Positions 1 to 9,322 of a stretch of 64,000 nucleotides of DNA are shown piece by piece. How positions within the stretch are numbered: the stretch's first letter is position 1; each line of letters begins with the position of its first letter. The notes under the pieces are model-generated. The model did not search any database, had not been told where the DNA came from, and worked only from the letters and a program-made list of their open reading frames with translations. Position numbers and translations under genes: made by a program. Source of the DNA: Promethearchaeota archaeon (GTDB taxonomy: Archaea > Asgardarchaeota > Lokiarchaeia > Sigyniarchaeales > SOKP01); NCBI GenBank assembly GCA_048941265.1, contig JBHLNT010000001.1:21974-85973 (forward strand), given 5' to 3'.

Positions 1-142
1 AGGCATTCAATCTATCTGGTCTATTAATAGAAATAACAGCATAATTTCCATCAATAGTCCCTTCTCTTATTACATTACCTTTCTCATCAACTGCAGTAGG
101 CAATTCTATTTTAAGATGTTCAAATCCTTCATATTCAGACAT
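1..142 (-). CDS. enoyl-CoA hydratase/isomerase (crotonase) family protein, 5' fragment; gene continues beyond window start
   Basis: Reverse complement from the ATG at 142-140 reads MSEYEGFEHLKIELPTAVDEKGNVIREGTIDGNYAVISINRPDRLNA. The xxINRPDxLNA N-terminal motif is typical of crotonase-fold enzymes. Only about 47 codons are visible. Confidence 0.5.
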   Translation of the reverse strand, partial: MSEYEGFEHLKIELPTAVDEKGNVIREGTIDGNYAVISINRPDRLNA

Positions 143-776
143 ATTTAAGTAACCTTTCTCAAATTTTATTTGGTTTTTAATTTTTTAATTATACAACATC
201 AAATTTTGAATAATTAGTAATATTTTTGGTATAATTAAAAATTTTCAAATTTTTAATGACTTGTTTGACCCCAATACTTTTTTTTATTGTAATTTACGCA
301 GAGATGCACATTTTCTAATATTTTAAATTTAAGTAGAAAACTTAATCCATGAATTTCAATCCAGTTAACACTTAATTTTTCTAATAAATAAGCTTTTGAA
401 ATGAGAAAATGTGAGTTTTCAGCTACTTTTAAATAAAAAGAAAAATCAAAATGAAATATAATTTAATTTTTTTTATCTACACTTTAAAATTAGCCTATCT
501 ATAGATTATAGCACTAATTTAATTAATAGATAAATAAATATGGGAATAAATCTATACAGATTTATAATAGAACTTTAATTCTTCAATGCACACATCCTTT
601 ATCGGATCATTTCCCTAAACATTTATCTCAATTGAGAATATCTTTTTTTTATTAAATTCTTATTTTATTTTTAGTTAAATTATTTAATCATAGAGCAATA
701 ATTAATTAATATTCATTTTACGACCTTTAAAGTAAAAAAATTTCAAAAATTTAAAAAAGAGAGATGGCATTGATAT

Positions 777-3188
777 ATGAATGATATCCAATTATTTGAG
801 ACATTTCATGGTAAAATAGCAGATCTTTTTCGTCCTGAGAACTATTTCACTTTTTTAGCTGGAGCTGGAATTTCCATGGATGCTCCAACAAATATGCCCT
901 CTGCAAGAGAAATTGTGAAATCGTTATTGGGATTTTGTGGTCCTCCTGATGAACTAGAAAATATATTATCTCTTGATTTGTTGAGATATGAGCTTGTTGT
1001 TGAAAAAATACAGAGTATTTTCGATGAAGAGTTAAAATTCATGGACTATTTAGAACTTATTACCTCTCCAAATATCATCCATTTGTTCTTAGCCCATCTT
1101 ATTAAAAAAGGACATTATGTTATCACGACGAATTTTGATTACTTAATTGAACATGCGTTAATTAATGTCCTTCCAAAAAATCAACATTTTAGCATTTATC
1201 CTATTATTACAAAAGAAGATTTTCTTTCATTTCGGGAACCGAGAAGGTTAATAGAAACAGAAAAATATCCCATATTCAAAATTCATGGTTCAAAACGTAA
1301 TATAATCACTGGAGAGTCGACTCATGAATCGTTAATAACAACCATTAGCGCATTAGGACGAGAGCGGGAAGAAGGAGAGACGTTTGCCATAGAACCCTAT
1401 AAAAAACCAGCAATTTATAATCTAATGAAAGATCGTACGCTAGTGATAATGGGGTATTCTGGGAGTGATGATTTTGATATTGGTCCTATGTTAAAAGAAT
1501 TACCGTTTCTTTCAAGATTAATTTGGATTGAACATTCGTTTGATGATCAGATAAAAATAATGAAAGTTAATAAGACAAATAATTTAACTTCGAAAGCGCA
1601 TCTTTCTCACTCTGAGCGTCTTTTAGCTGAAATTAGCGTAAGTGGAGATTTTGACGTCTTTTTAATAAAAAGTAATACTGCAAATATTATTAAAAACGAA
1701 TTATGGAAGATTCTATTATCTAATATTTCTATAAATCATTTAAAATTAACAGAATCAGTAAAAAAGATCCCCGTTTTCCATGAATGGGTCAAAATACTAT
1801 ATCAAGACTTACCTTTAGCTGAAAAATATAACCTTGCATGCCAAATATTTTACTTTTTAAAACAAATTGATGCAACAGTTAGGTGTTCAGAAAAAGGTAA
1901 AAGTTTGGCTGAATCTGTCAATGATATAGCAAGTAAATCTATTTTTCTCAATTTTTTAGGAATGGTTAATCTTATAAGAGGAGATTATAACAAAGCTTTA
2001 GAAAATTACAATGAATCACTTCTGATTGATGAAAAGCTAGAAAATTTATCTGGAAAAACGACAGATTTAAACAATATAGGATCAGTATATCTAACGTTAG
2101 GTAAATATGATGAGGCTCTTGAAAAATATGAAAATGCCTTAAAGATAAGTAATCAAATTGGTGATCTTTCAGGAATGACAGCAGATTTGAACAACATTGG
2201 CAGGATTTATGAAATACGAGGGGAATATGATTTAGCACTTAAGCGATATGAGGAAGCTTTACGTAATTCTGAACAGTTAGGAGATCTTGGCTTAAAATCA
2301 ACACTTCTTAATAATATAGGAATGATACATGGAGCACGTGCAAATTTTGATAAAGCACTTAAGAATTATGAGGAAGCTCTCCATATTGTAGATCAATTAG
2401 GGGATCTTTATGGAAAAATTATTTTACTCAATAATATTGGCAGGATTTATGATGAACATCAAAATTATGATGCTGCTATGGAAAAATATGAGGAAACTAT
2501 TTTAATCGCAGAGCAACTGGGCGACCTCGCAAAGAAAGCAGGATGTCTCAATAATGTTGGTTCAGTCTATCGTGCTAAAGGTAATCTTGAGGAAGCAATC
2601 AAGAAATATGAAGAAGCATTACAAATTGAAGAAAGATTAGGAGATCCCTTAATGAAGATCATCTATCTTAATAATATCGGAATGATTTATGCTTCACGTG
2701 GTGAATTTAATAATGCTTTAGAGAAATATAAAATCGGATTGACCATAGCAGAAGAAATTGGTGATTTCTCGAAAGTTGCTTTACTTTCAACTAAAATTGG
2801 TTCAATATATTTACAAATGGAAGATATTACAGTTGCGCTTGAAAATTATGAAAATGCCGTTAAACTTTACGAGCAAGCGGGAGATTTAGCTAATAAGGCA
2901 GCAAGTCTCAGTAATTTAGGAAAAATATTTGAAATACAAAATAACTATGAGAAGGCTCTCGATATATATAAAGAAACTCTCCAAATTGATGATCAAATTG
3001 GAGATTCAATGAGTAAAGCGAGTGATCTTAATAATATTGGCAAAATTTATGAGTTCCAAGGCAGATTTAATGAAGCTGTAAAAATTTATGAAGAAATTTT
3101 AGAAATTCTCCAGCAAAAAGGACAAGAAGACTATATAGAAATGTTTAAGGAGAAAATAGAACAATTGAAAGAAAAACTAAAAGAATAG
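777..3188 (+). CDS. SIR2_2-family (sirtuin-like NAD-binding) domain protein fused to a 10-repeat TPR array
   Basis: N-terminal motifs are FLAGAGIS (NAD-binding GAGxS), ITTNFDYLIE (TTNYD-like), FKIHGS (catalytic-His motif) and IMGYSGSDD. The C-terminal 400 aa form ten 40-aa TPR units (xxxLNNIGxIYxxxGxYDxALxxYEEALxIxxxLGD). No Walker A/P-loop is visible between the two parts. Confidence 0.8.
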   Translation: MNDIQLFETFHGKIADLFRPENYFTFLAGAGISMDAPTNMPSAREIVKSLLGFCGPPDELENILSLDLLRYELVVEKIQSIFDEELKFMDYLELITSPNIIHLFLAHLIKKGHYVITTNFDYLIEHALINVLPKNQHFSIYPIITKEDFLSFREPRRLIETEKYPIFKIHGSKRNIITGESTHESLITTISALGREREEGETFAIEPYKKPAIYNLMKDRTLVIMGYSGSDDFDIGPMLKELPFLSRLIWIEHSFDDQIKIMKVNKTNNLTSKAHLSHSERLLAEISVSGDFDVFLIKSNTANIIKNELWKILLSNISINHLKLTESVKKIPVFHEWVKILYQDLPLAEKYNLACQIFYFLKQIDATVRCSEKGKSLAESVNDIASKSIFLNFLGMVNLIRGDYNKALENYNESLLIDEKLENLSGKTTDLNNIGSVYLTLGKYDEALEKYENALKISNQIGDLSGMTADLNNIGRIYEIRGEYDLALKRYEEALRNSEQLGDLGLKSTLLNNIGMIHGARANFDKALKNYEEALHIVDQLGDLYGKIILLNNIGRIYDEHQNYDAAMEKYEETILIAEQLGDLAKKAGCLNNVGSVYRAKGNLEEAIKKYEEALQIEERLGDPLMKIIYLNNIGMIYASRGEFNNALEKYKIGLTIAEEIGDFSKVALLSTKIGSIYLQMEDITVALENYENAVKLYEQAGDLANKAASLSNLGKIFEIQNNYEKALDIYKETLQIDDQIGDSMSKASDLNNIGKIYEFQGRFNEAVKIYEEILEILQQKGQEDYIEMFKEKIEQLKEKLKE
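1935..3134 (+). repeat. intragenic tandem array: ten consecutive 120-bp (40-codon) TPR-encoding units
   Basis: Residues K387-Y786 of the 803-aa ORF split into ten units of exactly 40 aa with conserved LNNIG, YD.AL and YEEAL...GD positions. Confidence 0.85.
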
Positions 3189-3222
3189 AGTAAATTTAAA
3201 TTAATCATAGACAAAAGTATAG

Positions 3223-3768
3223 CTAATTTGAATAACTCTCAATTACATTTTCAAAATCTTTATATTCTGGTAACTCGGTCAAAACGATTCCAATATGTTT
3301 TAAATTCTTGTTTTTTTGTAATAAGTATTTTTTTATCGTAGGAATCATAACATTGGCACAAATTTTTGCATTAAAACCCAAATTCTCTAGAGAAACTGGA
3401 CTAAACGCAATAGATTTTAACCCAGCCTCATCTGCTAAAGTTAATGAATTCCAAGTACACAACATAATTTTCTTTCCTTCTTTTCCTTGGCCTAATTGCG
3501 GACCAACTGTATGAATAATGTGCTTTGATTTCAGGTTTCCTGCTGAAGTTATTACTGCTGCACCCACTCCAATAATACCAACTTTATTAATTATTTTATT
3601 ACATTCCATCTGTACATTAGCTCCGGCCTCTCGCAATACTTCACATCTTAATTTACCACTTGGGAGGAGTCTGGTATTTGAAGGGATTACAATTGCATCA
3701 AAATCAACATTTCTAATATCTTTAACTAAGATTTCCACGATAGTATTATTCACTGTAATTTTATTCAT
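3223..3768 (-). CDS. macro domain protein (ADP-ribose / O-acetyl-ADP-ribose binding or hydrolysing, Af1521/MacroD-like)
   Basis: Motifs FDAIVIPSNTRLLPSG, IIHTVGPQ and KSIAFSPVS correspond to the DAIVNAAN / VIHxVGP / SIAFPxIS signature positions of macro domains. Length is 181 aa. Confidence 0.8.
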   Translation of the reverse strand: MNKITVNNTIVEILVKDIRNVDFDAIVIPSNTRLLPSGKLRCEVLREAGANVQMECNKIINKVGIIGVGAAVITSAGNLKSKHIIHTVGPQLGQGKEGKKIMLCTWNSLTLADEAGLKSIAFSPVSLENLGFNAKICANVMIPTIKKYLLQKNKNLKHIGIVLTELPEYKDFENVIESYSN

Positions 3769-3914
3769 GAATTATCCCTATAAAAAAAGTAAAAAATTTA
3801 AATCAATAATAAAAAATTTTCTTTAAAAATTTATCTTGAAGGAAAAAATTGATTATAAACTGAAATTTTAAAGGATCATTATAGAGAGAAAATGCTAGTT
3901 TTAATTATTAATCC

Positions 3915-4832
3915 TTAAGGTAAGTATTCATCAATATTATCTGGAGAAATTAATATTTCAGATATTGCTTGAGAAAGCTCAATTTTAGGAATTTCTTTTT
4001 TATGCGCCAATTTATGAGCGAGAATTTGATATTTCTTCTGGATTTGTGATTTTGCCATATTTTTAAGTTTTGCACTAAAGGAATATAAATTTGAGTATGC
4101 GCTATTATAATCTTTATATTTTAAAGCTTCTTTTGTTAATTTTAAATAATATGATAACTTAATCTTTCTATTTTTTATTTCATTGCTTAATCTTTCTGTC
4201 TCTTTTTGGAATTTAATAAATTCATCTTTCTCATTAAGTTTTTCTAAAATCTTCATTAGACTTTCTAGAAGAATAAGTTTATTTATGTAATTATCCTCAT
4301 TTTGCATCTTTATAATGATTTTTTCCTTTTGTTTCACCAGATTATCACGCAATTTTGTTGAGATTGCTCCCTTTTGAGTCCATATAGATTTAAAGACATC
4401 ATCTTTATTCTCTAATATTTTAGCATCAACTGTTTTTTTACTTGTGAGGATTAGATTATTTATTTGTTCATCAAACTTTTTGAATAAATCTAAATTATTA
4501 TCCGTTTTAAGAAATATTTCTTTATTTTCCCTAATAATTTCTATTATAGGAGGGAAAATTTTATTAGATATTTTATGATCTTCTTTATCGATAACCAGAA
4601 TAACATCCAAATTAAGATCTGGGATATTTTTTGCTTTAACATTGTAATCTCCTAAATTCACTGATTTTAATTCTTTAGAACCATCGACTAAAATTTCAGA
4701 AGTAAAACTCTTTAAGGCTCTTAAAAAGCTATAAAATATTTCCAAATTATTATCATTTAATTCTAGAAAGAAAACCTTCTCATATAAGAGAGTACCATTT
4801 TCACCATGAGTAATAAAGAATGCCTTTAACAT
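3915..4832 (-). CDS. hypothetical protein: roadblock/longin-like N-terminal region plus long K/E-rich coiled-coil
   Basis: The N-terminus MLKAFFITHGENGTLLYEKVFF...FYSFLRALKSFTSEI resembles the N-terminal domain of the GTPase fusion at 19868-20737 (SGFLSAFSGFIKEI). The C-terminal half is heptad-like and charged. The function call is weak. Confidence 0.4.
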   Translation of the reverse strand: MLKAFFITHGENGTLLYEKVFFLELNDNNLEIFYSFLRALKSFTSEILVDGSKELKSVNLGDYNVKAKNIPDLNLDVILVIDKEDHKISNKIFPPIIEIIRENKEIFLKTDNNLDLFKKFDEQINNLILTSKKTVDAKILENKDDVFKSIWTQKGAISTKLRDNLVKQKEKIIIKMQNEDNYINKLILLESLMKILEKLNEKDEFIKFQKETERLSNEIKNRKIKLSYYLKLTKEALKYKDYNSAYSNLYSFSAKLKNMAKSQIQKKYQILAHKLAHKKEIPKIELSQAISEILISPDNIDEYLP

Positions 4833-5003
4833 TCTCAGATAGCCAAAACCATTTAGATTTTTGTTAAATTATATTAACAATGTAAATTTTTAACGAGAAT
4901 TATCCTATATAAATAAATCTAAAAAGTACTATTTATTTTTACCTAAAATGATAGTAACAAGATTAATCAAAATAATATACTTGAAATGAGAAAAAAATGA
5001 GTT

Positions 5004-5516
5004 CTATTTGAATCTATTTATTTCAATAATTTTTCTTACTAATTTTTCTACATTCTCTTCAACAATCTTTAATATTCTATTATAGTTTTCTACTCCCGTC
5101 CTATACGGATCAGGAATATTTAAGGATTCCTCTTTTGATGCTCCATTAAATTGTTTAAGAGTAAATAATTTTCCGTCTAAAAATTTTTTCAAATCTCTAA
5201 ATTTGTTTGTTATTTTTACGAGATGGTATTTTTCCATTCCAATTATAAGATCTTGCTTTTTTAACAATTCACGTGTAATGACTTTTGGTCGAAAATTAGA
5301 GATATCAAGCCCTTTAGATTGGACATAATTTATAGTTTCAGGTTGAGCATAATCAAACGCAATATGCCAGCCTGCTGAATCGAAATTTACATCATTTAAC
5401 TCCTTTTTATATTTAGTTTGTTTTAAACCTTTAGCAAAATACTCAGCAGCAGGAGATCTGCAAGTATTAGCATAGCAGATAAAAAGCACATTTGAAATTT
5501 TATTAGATTCACTCAT
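5004..5516 (-). CDS. low-molecular-weight protein-tyrosine phosphatase / ArsC-like (paralog 1 of 3)
   Basis: CX5R(S) P-loop in VLFICYANTCRSPAAE; DP general-acid motif in IPDPY; 170 aa. Confidence 0.85.
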   Translation of the reverse strand: MSESNKISNVLFICYANTCRSPAAEYFAKGLKQTKYKKELNDVNFDSAGWHIAFDYAQPETINYVQSKGLDISNFRPKVITRELLKKQDLIIGMEKYHLVKITNKFRDLKKFLDGKLFTLKQFNGASKEESLNIPDPYRTGVENYNRILKIVEENVEKLVRKIIEINRFK

Positions 5517-5541
5517 TTTTCTAACAATTTACTTTTTAAAA

Positions 5542-6069
5542 TTAACTTACTCGATTATTAATTTGGATTATTTTTTTTACTGCCAATTCAACATACTTAT
5601 TAATAATTTCGAGTATTTTTGCGTAAAAATTTGAACTTGTATAGTAGGGATCAATTATATCCAAATTTTTAACTTCTCCGCTAAATTCCTTTAATGTATA
5701 TGTTTTTTTATCGATATCCTTTACATTACCATAAGTTCTTTTAATATCTAATGAATGAGAATCTTCCATCGTTAGAATGAGATCTGCCTTTTCTAATAAA
5801 GTTCTATCTATAACCTTAGGTCTAAAGTCTGAATCGTCTATCTTCTTTGAATGAAGGTAACTCCGAGATTCAGGTTGCATATAAGAGAACGCATTAAAAA
5901 ATCCAGCACTATCAAAAGTTACATCTTTAAGGTCTTCCTTAAATTGTTCTTTTAAACCTTTAGCTAAATATTCAGCGACGGGACTTCTTGCGGTATTACC
6001 CATACAAATAAAGAGTACTTTCAAAATCTTTTTTTTAATTATTTTCCTCAACTTTTTTATTAATTTCAA
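5542..6069 (-). CDS. low-molecular-weight protein-tyrosine phosphatase (paralog 2 of 3)
   Basis: VLFICMGNTARSPVAE (CX5RS) and IIDPYY. The annotated start overlaps the upstream paralog by 35 nt. Confidence 0.85.
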   Translation of the reverse strand: MKLIKKLRKIIKKKILKVLFICMGNTARSPVAEYLAKGLKEQFKEDLKDVTFDSAGFFNAFSYMQPESRSYLHSKKIDDSDFRPKVIDRTLLEKADLILTMEDSHSLDIKRTYGNVKDIDKKTYTLKEFSGEVKNLDIIDPYYTSSNFYAKILEIINKYVELAVKKIIQINNRVS

Positions 6070-6544
6070 TGATTTTTTTTAATGCTTTTTCGACTCCAAA
6101 CTCAACTTTTTCCATAACTTTTTGATATTCATCTGATTCAAAATCAATTGGGTCTGGAATTTCAATATTATCTTTTTCTCCAATAAAATCAAATAATAAG
6201 TAGACTTTCTCATTAAGATTCTTAATATTTTTAAATTTTCTTTTAAATTTCTTTATGTGCCACTGCTCTTCGAAACCAAGAATTAAATCCTGTTTAAATA
6301 TTAAGTCTTCATCAATTTGTTTACCCTCAAAATCACTGAAATCAATACCTTTATCGTTAAGATACTTAGCCGTTCCCTCTCGGGGTGTTTTAAAATAATT
6401 ATAAAGTCCAGCAGAATCAAAATTTACGTCTTTTAAATTCTCTTTAAATTTTGTTTCTTTTAACCATTTTGCAATATATTCTGCTCCAGGACTTCTTGAT
6501 GTGTTCCCGCTACATAAAAATAAGACATTTCTAATCCTTCCCAT
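6035..6544 (-). CDS. low-molecular-weight protein-tyrosine phosphatase (paralog 3 of 3)
   Basis: VLFLCSGNTSRSPGAE (CX5RS) and IPDPIDF; 169 aa. Confidence 0.85.
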   Translation of the reverse strand: MGRIRNVLFLCSGNTSRSPGAEYIAKWLKETKFKENLKDVNFDSAGLYNYFKTPREGTAKYLNDKGIDFSDFEGKQIDEDLIFKQDLILGFEEQWHIKKFKRKFKNIKNLNEKVYLLFDFIGEKDNIEIPDPIDFESDEYQKVMEKVEFGVEKALKKIIEINKKVEENN

Positions 6545-6692
6545 ACATATCTATTAGGAAAATACATTAATTAAAAAAAAAATTTTGTTAAAAATAAAAA
6601 AGAAAAAAGAATTATACAATTTTAATTAAAAAAAGAAAGCAAACTTTCATAATTTCTTATTATCTCAATAAATAAAAAAGAAAGTATTCTCT

Positions 6693-8264
6693 TTGAATCA
6701 TAAAACTGATGTATTAATCATAGGAGGAGGGATCTCCGGATTAATCTTAGCGATTAAATTAAACGATTTATCTGAAGATATCAATATTTTAATTATTACT
6801 AAAGAAAAATTGGAAGATTGTAATACTTATCATGCCCAAGGAGGCATAGCCTGTGTTTGGGAAGAACAGGACAGTTTTGAAAAACATATCCAAGATACTT
6901 TGGTTGCTGGAGACGATCTATGCAAAGAGGACGTTGTTAGAAAAATTATTTCCCAAGCTCCATTAAGAATTCAAGATTTAATCGATTTAGGGATAAAATT
7001 TAATAAAGATAATAAGGGAAAGTATCAACTTGGTCAGGAGGGAGGACATTCAGAGCGTAGGATCTTTCATGTAGATGATCTTACTGGAAAAAGCGTTGAG
7101 GAAGAATTAATCAAAAAAGTTAAAAATTTAAATAACGTAGATATCTGGGAAAAACAATGTGCTATAAATTTATACGCGAAAAATTTAAAATGTTATGGTG
7201 CTTATGTTTTAGATCAAGAAACCCAAGTAATAAACAATATAAGCGCTAAGGCTACTATTTTGGCAACTGGAGGTGCCGGAAAAATTTATTTTTACACAAC
7301 TAATCCCGATGTTGCCTCTGGAGATGGAATTGCTATGGCTTACCGAGCAGGTGCTATGATCTCAAATATGGAATTTTTTCAATTTCATCCTACTTGTCTA
7401 TATCATCCTTTTGCGAAAAATTTCCTAATTACTGAAGCAATGCGAGGTGAAGGTGCTATTTTAAAAGATTTAAAAGGAAGAGAATTCATGGCAAAATATC
7501 ATCCTCTCAGAGATTTGGCGCCAAGAGATACAGTATCCCGAGCTATTGATGCAGAATTAAAAAAAACCGGCGATGATCATGTATTGTTAGATATCGCTTC
7601 ATATAGAGATTCTGATTTTATAAAAAAACATTTTCCGGGGATTTATGAAAACTGTTTGAACTTTAATATTGATATCACAAAACAACCTATTCCAGTTGTT
7701 CCAGCAGCTCATTATTGTTGTGGAGGGGTGGTTGCAGAAATTAATGGAAAAACGGATGTTAAGAATTTATATGTTATTGGAGAGTCCGCATGTACAGGGC
7801 TTCATGGAGCAAATCGTTTAGCAAGTAATTCATTATTAGAGGGTCTCGTTTGTGCAAATGAATGTGCTTCTACGATTTTTAACGAAATTAAAGAACTTAA
7901 ACTAAGAAAATTTGAAGAATGGGAAATTGGAGATGCTGTACCCTCATCAGAAGGAGTTATTGTTACTCAAAATTGGGATGAAATTAGATACACTATGCAG
8001 AATTTAGTAGGAGTTGTAAGATCCGATATGAGGTTAAAACGCGCGCTTAAGAGAATGAATCTTTTTTATGAAGAAATAGATCAATATTATTGGAATTATC
8101 AAATTGATAAAAATCTAGTTGAATTAAGGAATTTATCGATGGTTGCTGAAATTATAATAAGATGTGCGATGTCTCGTAAAGAGAGTAGAGGAACTCATTT
8201 TAATGAAGACCATCCTGAAAAGCAAGAAATTGCGAGGAATTCTTTCATTAAGAGACCATGGTAA
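6693..8264 (+). CDS. nadB: L-aspartate oxidase (NAD biosynthesis)
   Basis: Motifs DVLIIGGGISGL (FAD), YHAQGGIA, HSERRIFH, GDGIAMAYRAG, EFFQFHPT, ITEAMRGEGA, LAPRDTVSRAI, PAAHYCCGGV, GLHGANRLASNSLLE and ESRGTH. The start codon is TTG. Confidence 0.9.
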   Translation: MNHKTDVLIIGGGISGLILAIKLNDLSEDINILIITKEKLEDCNTYHAQGGIACVWEEQDSFEKHIQDTLVAGDDLCKEDVVRKIISQAPLRIQDLIDLGIKFNKDNKGKYQLGQEGGHSERRIFHVDDLTGKSVEEELIKKVKNLNNVDIWEKQCAINLYAKNLKCYGAYVLDQETQVINNISAKATILATGGAGKIYFYTTNPDVASGDGIAMAYRAGAMISNMEFFQFHPTCLYHPFAKNFLITEAMRGEGAILKDLKGREFMAKYHPLRDLAPRDTVSRAIDAELKKTGDDHVLLDIASYRDSDFIKKHFPGIYENCLNFNIDITKQPIPVVPAAHYCCGGVVAEINGKTDVKNLYVIGESACTGLHGANRLASNSLLEGLVCANECASTIFNEIKELKLRKFEEWEIGDAVPSSEGVIVTQNWDEIRYTMQNLVGVVRSDMRLKRALKRMNLFYEEIDQYYWNYQIDKNLVELRNLSMVAEIIIRCAMSRKESRGTHFNEDHPEKQEIARNSFIKRPW

Positions 8265-8494
8265 GTTTTTTAAATTAATAAGATATCTTTCTCTTTTAAT
8301 ATTAAAATTGTCTAAACCAATCATTATTAGACATTTCTTATTTTATTCTAAAATATGTCAGAATGATGATTTAGTTTATTTCTAAAGATATTATAATTTT
8401 TAAATAAATTCAAATTATAATTATCATTATTAATGGTTAAATTAGTGAATTAAAACAATAAAGAAACTAGAAATTAATAATATCAAGTGGTTTT

Positions 8495-9307
8495 ATGGTT
8501 AAAACAGGCAATTTGGGCAAAAGGATTAGAATAGAAAGAATTATGAATAGAGATACGGGAAGAACTATTATTATACCTTTGGATCATGGAATGAGCATCG
8601 GTACTATTAAGGGTTTAGAAAATATTGCTCAAATGGTGGATAAAGTTGCGAGAGGTGGTGCTAATGCAGTTTTAGAGCATTCTGGGATGGTTGGAGCTGG
8701 TCATAGAGAGTATGGGAAAGATATTGGTCTGATTATTCATTTATCGGGTGCCACGAGTTTAGCTCCCGATCCCAATTGTAAAGTATTAGTGTGTACTGTC
8801 GAAAGGGCCCTAAAGATGGGGGCAGATGCATGTTCCATACATGTTAATATAGGCGCAGATGATGAACCGCAGATGCTTATTGATGCCCATAAAGTTTCTG
8901 AATCATGTCGAGAATGGGGTCTGCCTTTATTAGCAATGATGTACCCAAGAGGTAAAAAAATTAAAAATGAAAACGATCCCGAGGTTGTAAATATTGCAGT
9001 GAGAGTCGGAGCAGAGCTCGGAGCAGATATCGTAAAAACTAATTATACAGGAGATATAGACAGCTTTAAATACATTATAAGTAGTGTCCCAGTTCCCGTA
9101 ATTATAGCGGGAGGTCCTAAAATGGACACTATTCCTGAATTATTACAATTAGCTCATGATTCCATCCAAGCAGGTGGAGCAGGAGTCGCTTTTGGGAGAA
9201 ACGTTTTTCAAGCAGAGGATCCGACTAAACTGGTATCCGCTATCTCAAAAATTGTTCATGAGAATTATGAAGTTGATGAAGTGCTGAAAGAATATAAATT
9301 TGATTAA
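8495..9307 (+). CDS. 2-amino-3,7-dideoxy-D-threo-hept-6-ulosonate (ADH) synthase / DhnA-type class I aldolase (archaeal AroA' family)
   Basis: [76 protein letters not shown] and [10 protein letters not shown] closely follow the archaeal ADH synthase/FbaB-like family as I recall it. Confidence 0.75.
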   Translation: MVKTGNLGKRIRIERIMNRDTGRTIIIPLDHGMSIGTIKGLENIAQMVDKVARGGANAVLEHSGMVGAGHREYGKDIGLIIHLSGATSLAPDPNCKVLVCTVERALKMGADACSIHVNIGADDEPQMLIDAHKVSESCREWGLPLLAMMYPRGKKIKNENDPEVVNIAVRVGAELGADIVKTNYTGDIDSFKYIISSVPVPVIIAGGPKMDTIPELLQLAHDSIQAGGAGVAFGRNVFQAEDPTKLVSAISKIVHENYEVDEVLKEYKFD

Positions 9308-9322
9308 TTTTTATTAAATGCT

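Noticed and set aside
142-776. A 635-bp non-coding AT-rich stretch upstream of the SIR2-TPR gene; I looked for an ncRNA, a tRNA or an integration-site remnant
   Set aside because: I could find no cloverleaf-compatible GC-rich stems, no direct repeats flanking the SIR2/macro pair, and no integrase. It is left unannotated.
842-2238. Antisense ORFs 842-1042 and 1972-2238 inside the SIR2-TPR gene
   Set aside because: They are fully nested opposite a long ORF with strong motifs. They are low-complexity and S/F/L-rich, as expected from reading AT-rich coding DNA backwards.
1935-3134. A regular 120-bp periodicity that could superficially suggest a CRISPR or satellite array
   Set aside because: The periodicity is in frame within an intact ORF and encodes 40-aa TPR units. 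There is no repeat-spacer structure (all units are homologous) and there are no cas genes.
3308-3826. Plus-strand ORFs 3308-3514 and 3518-3826
   Set aside because: They are antisense to the macro-domain gene, whose signature motifs are clear. The translations are hydrophobic and low-complexity with no motifs.
8133-8385. Small ORFs 8133-8324 (-) and 8164-8385 (+) at the nadB 3' end
   Set aside because: They overlap the well-supported nadB C-terminus or run into AT-rich spacer, and have no motifs or SD/TATA context.
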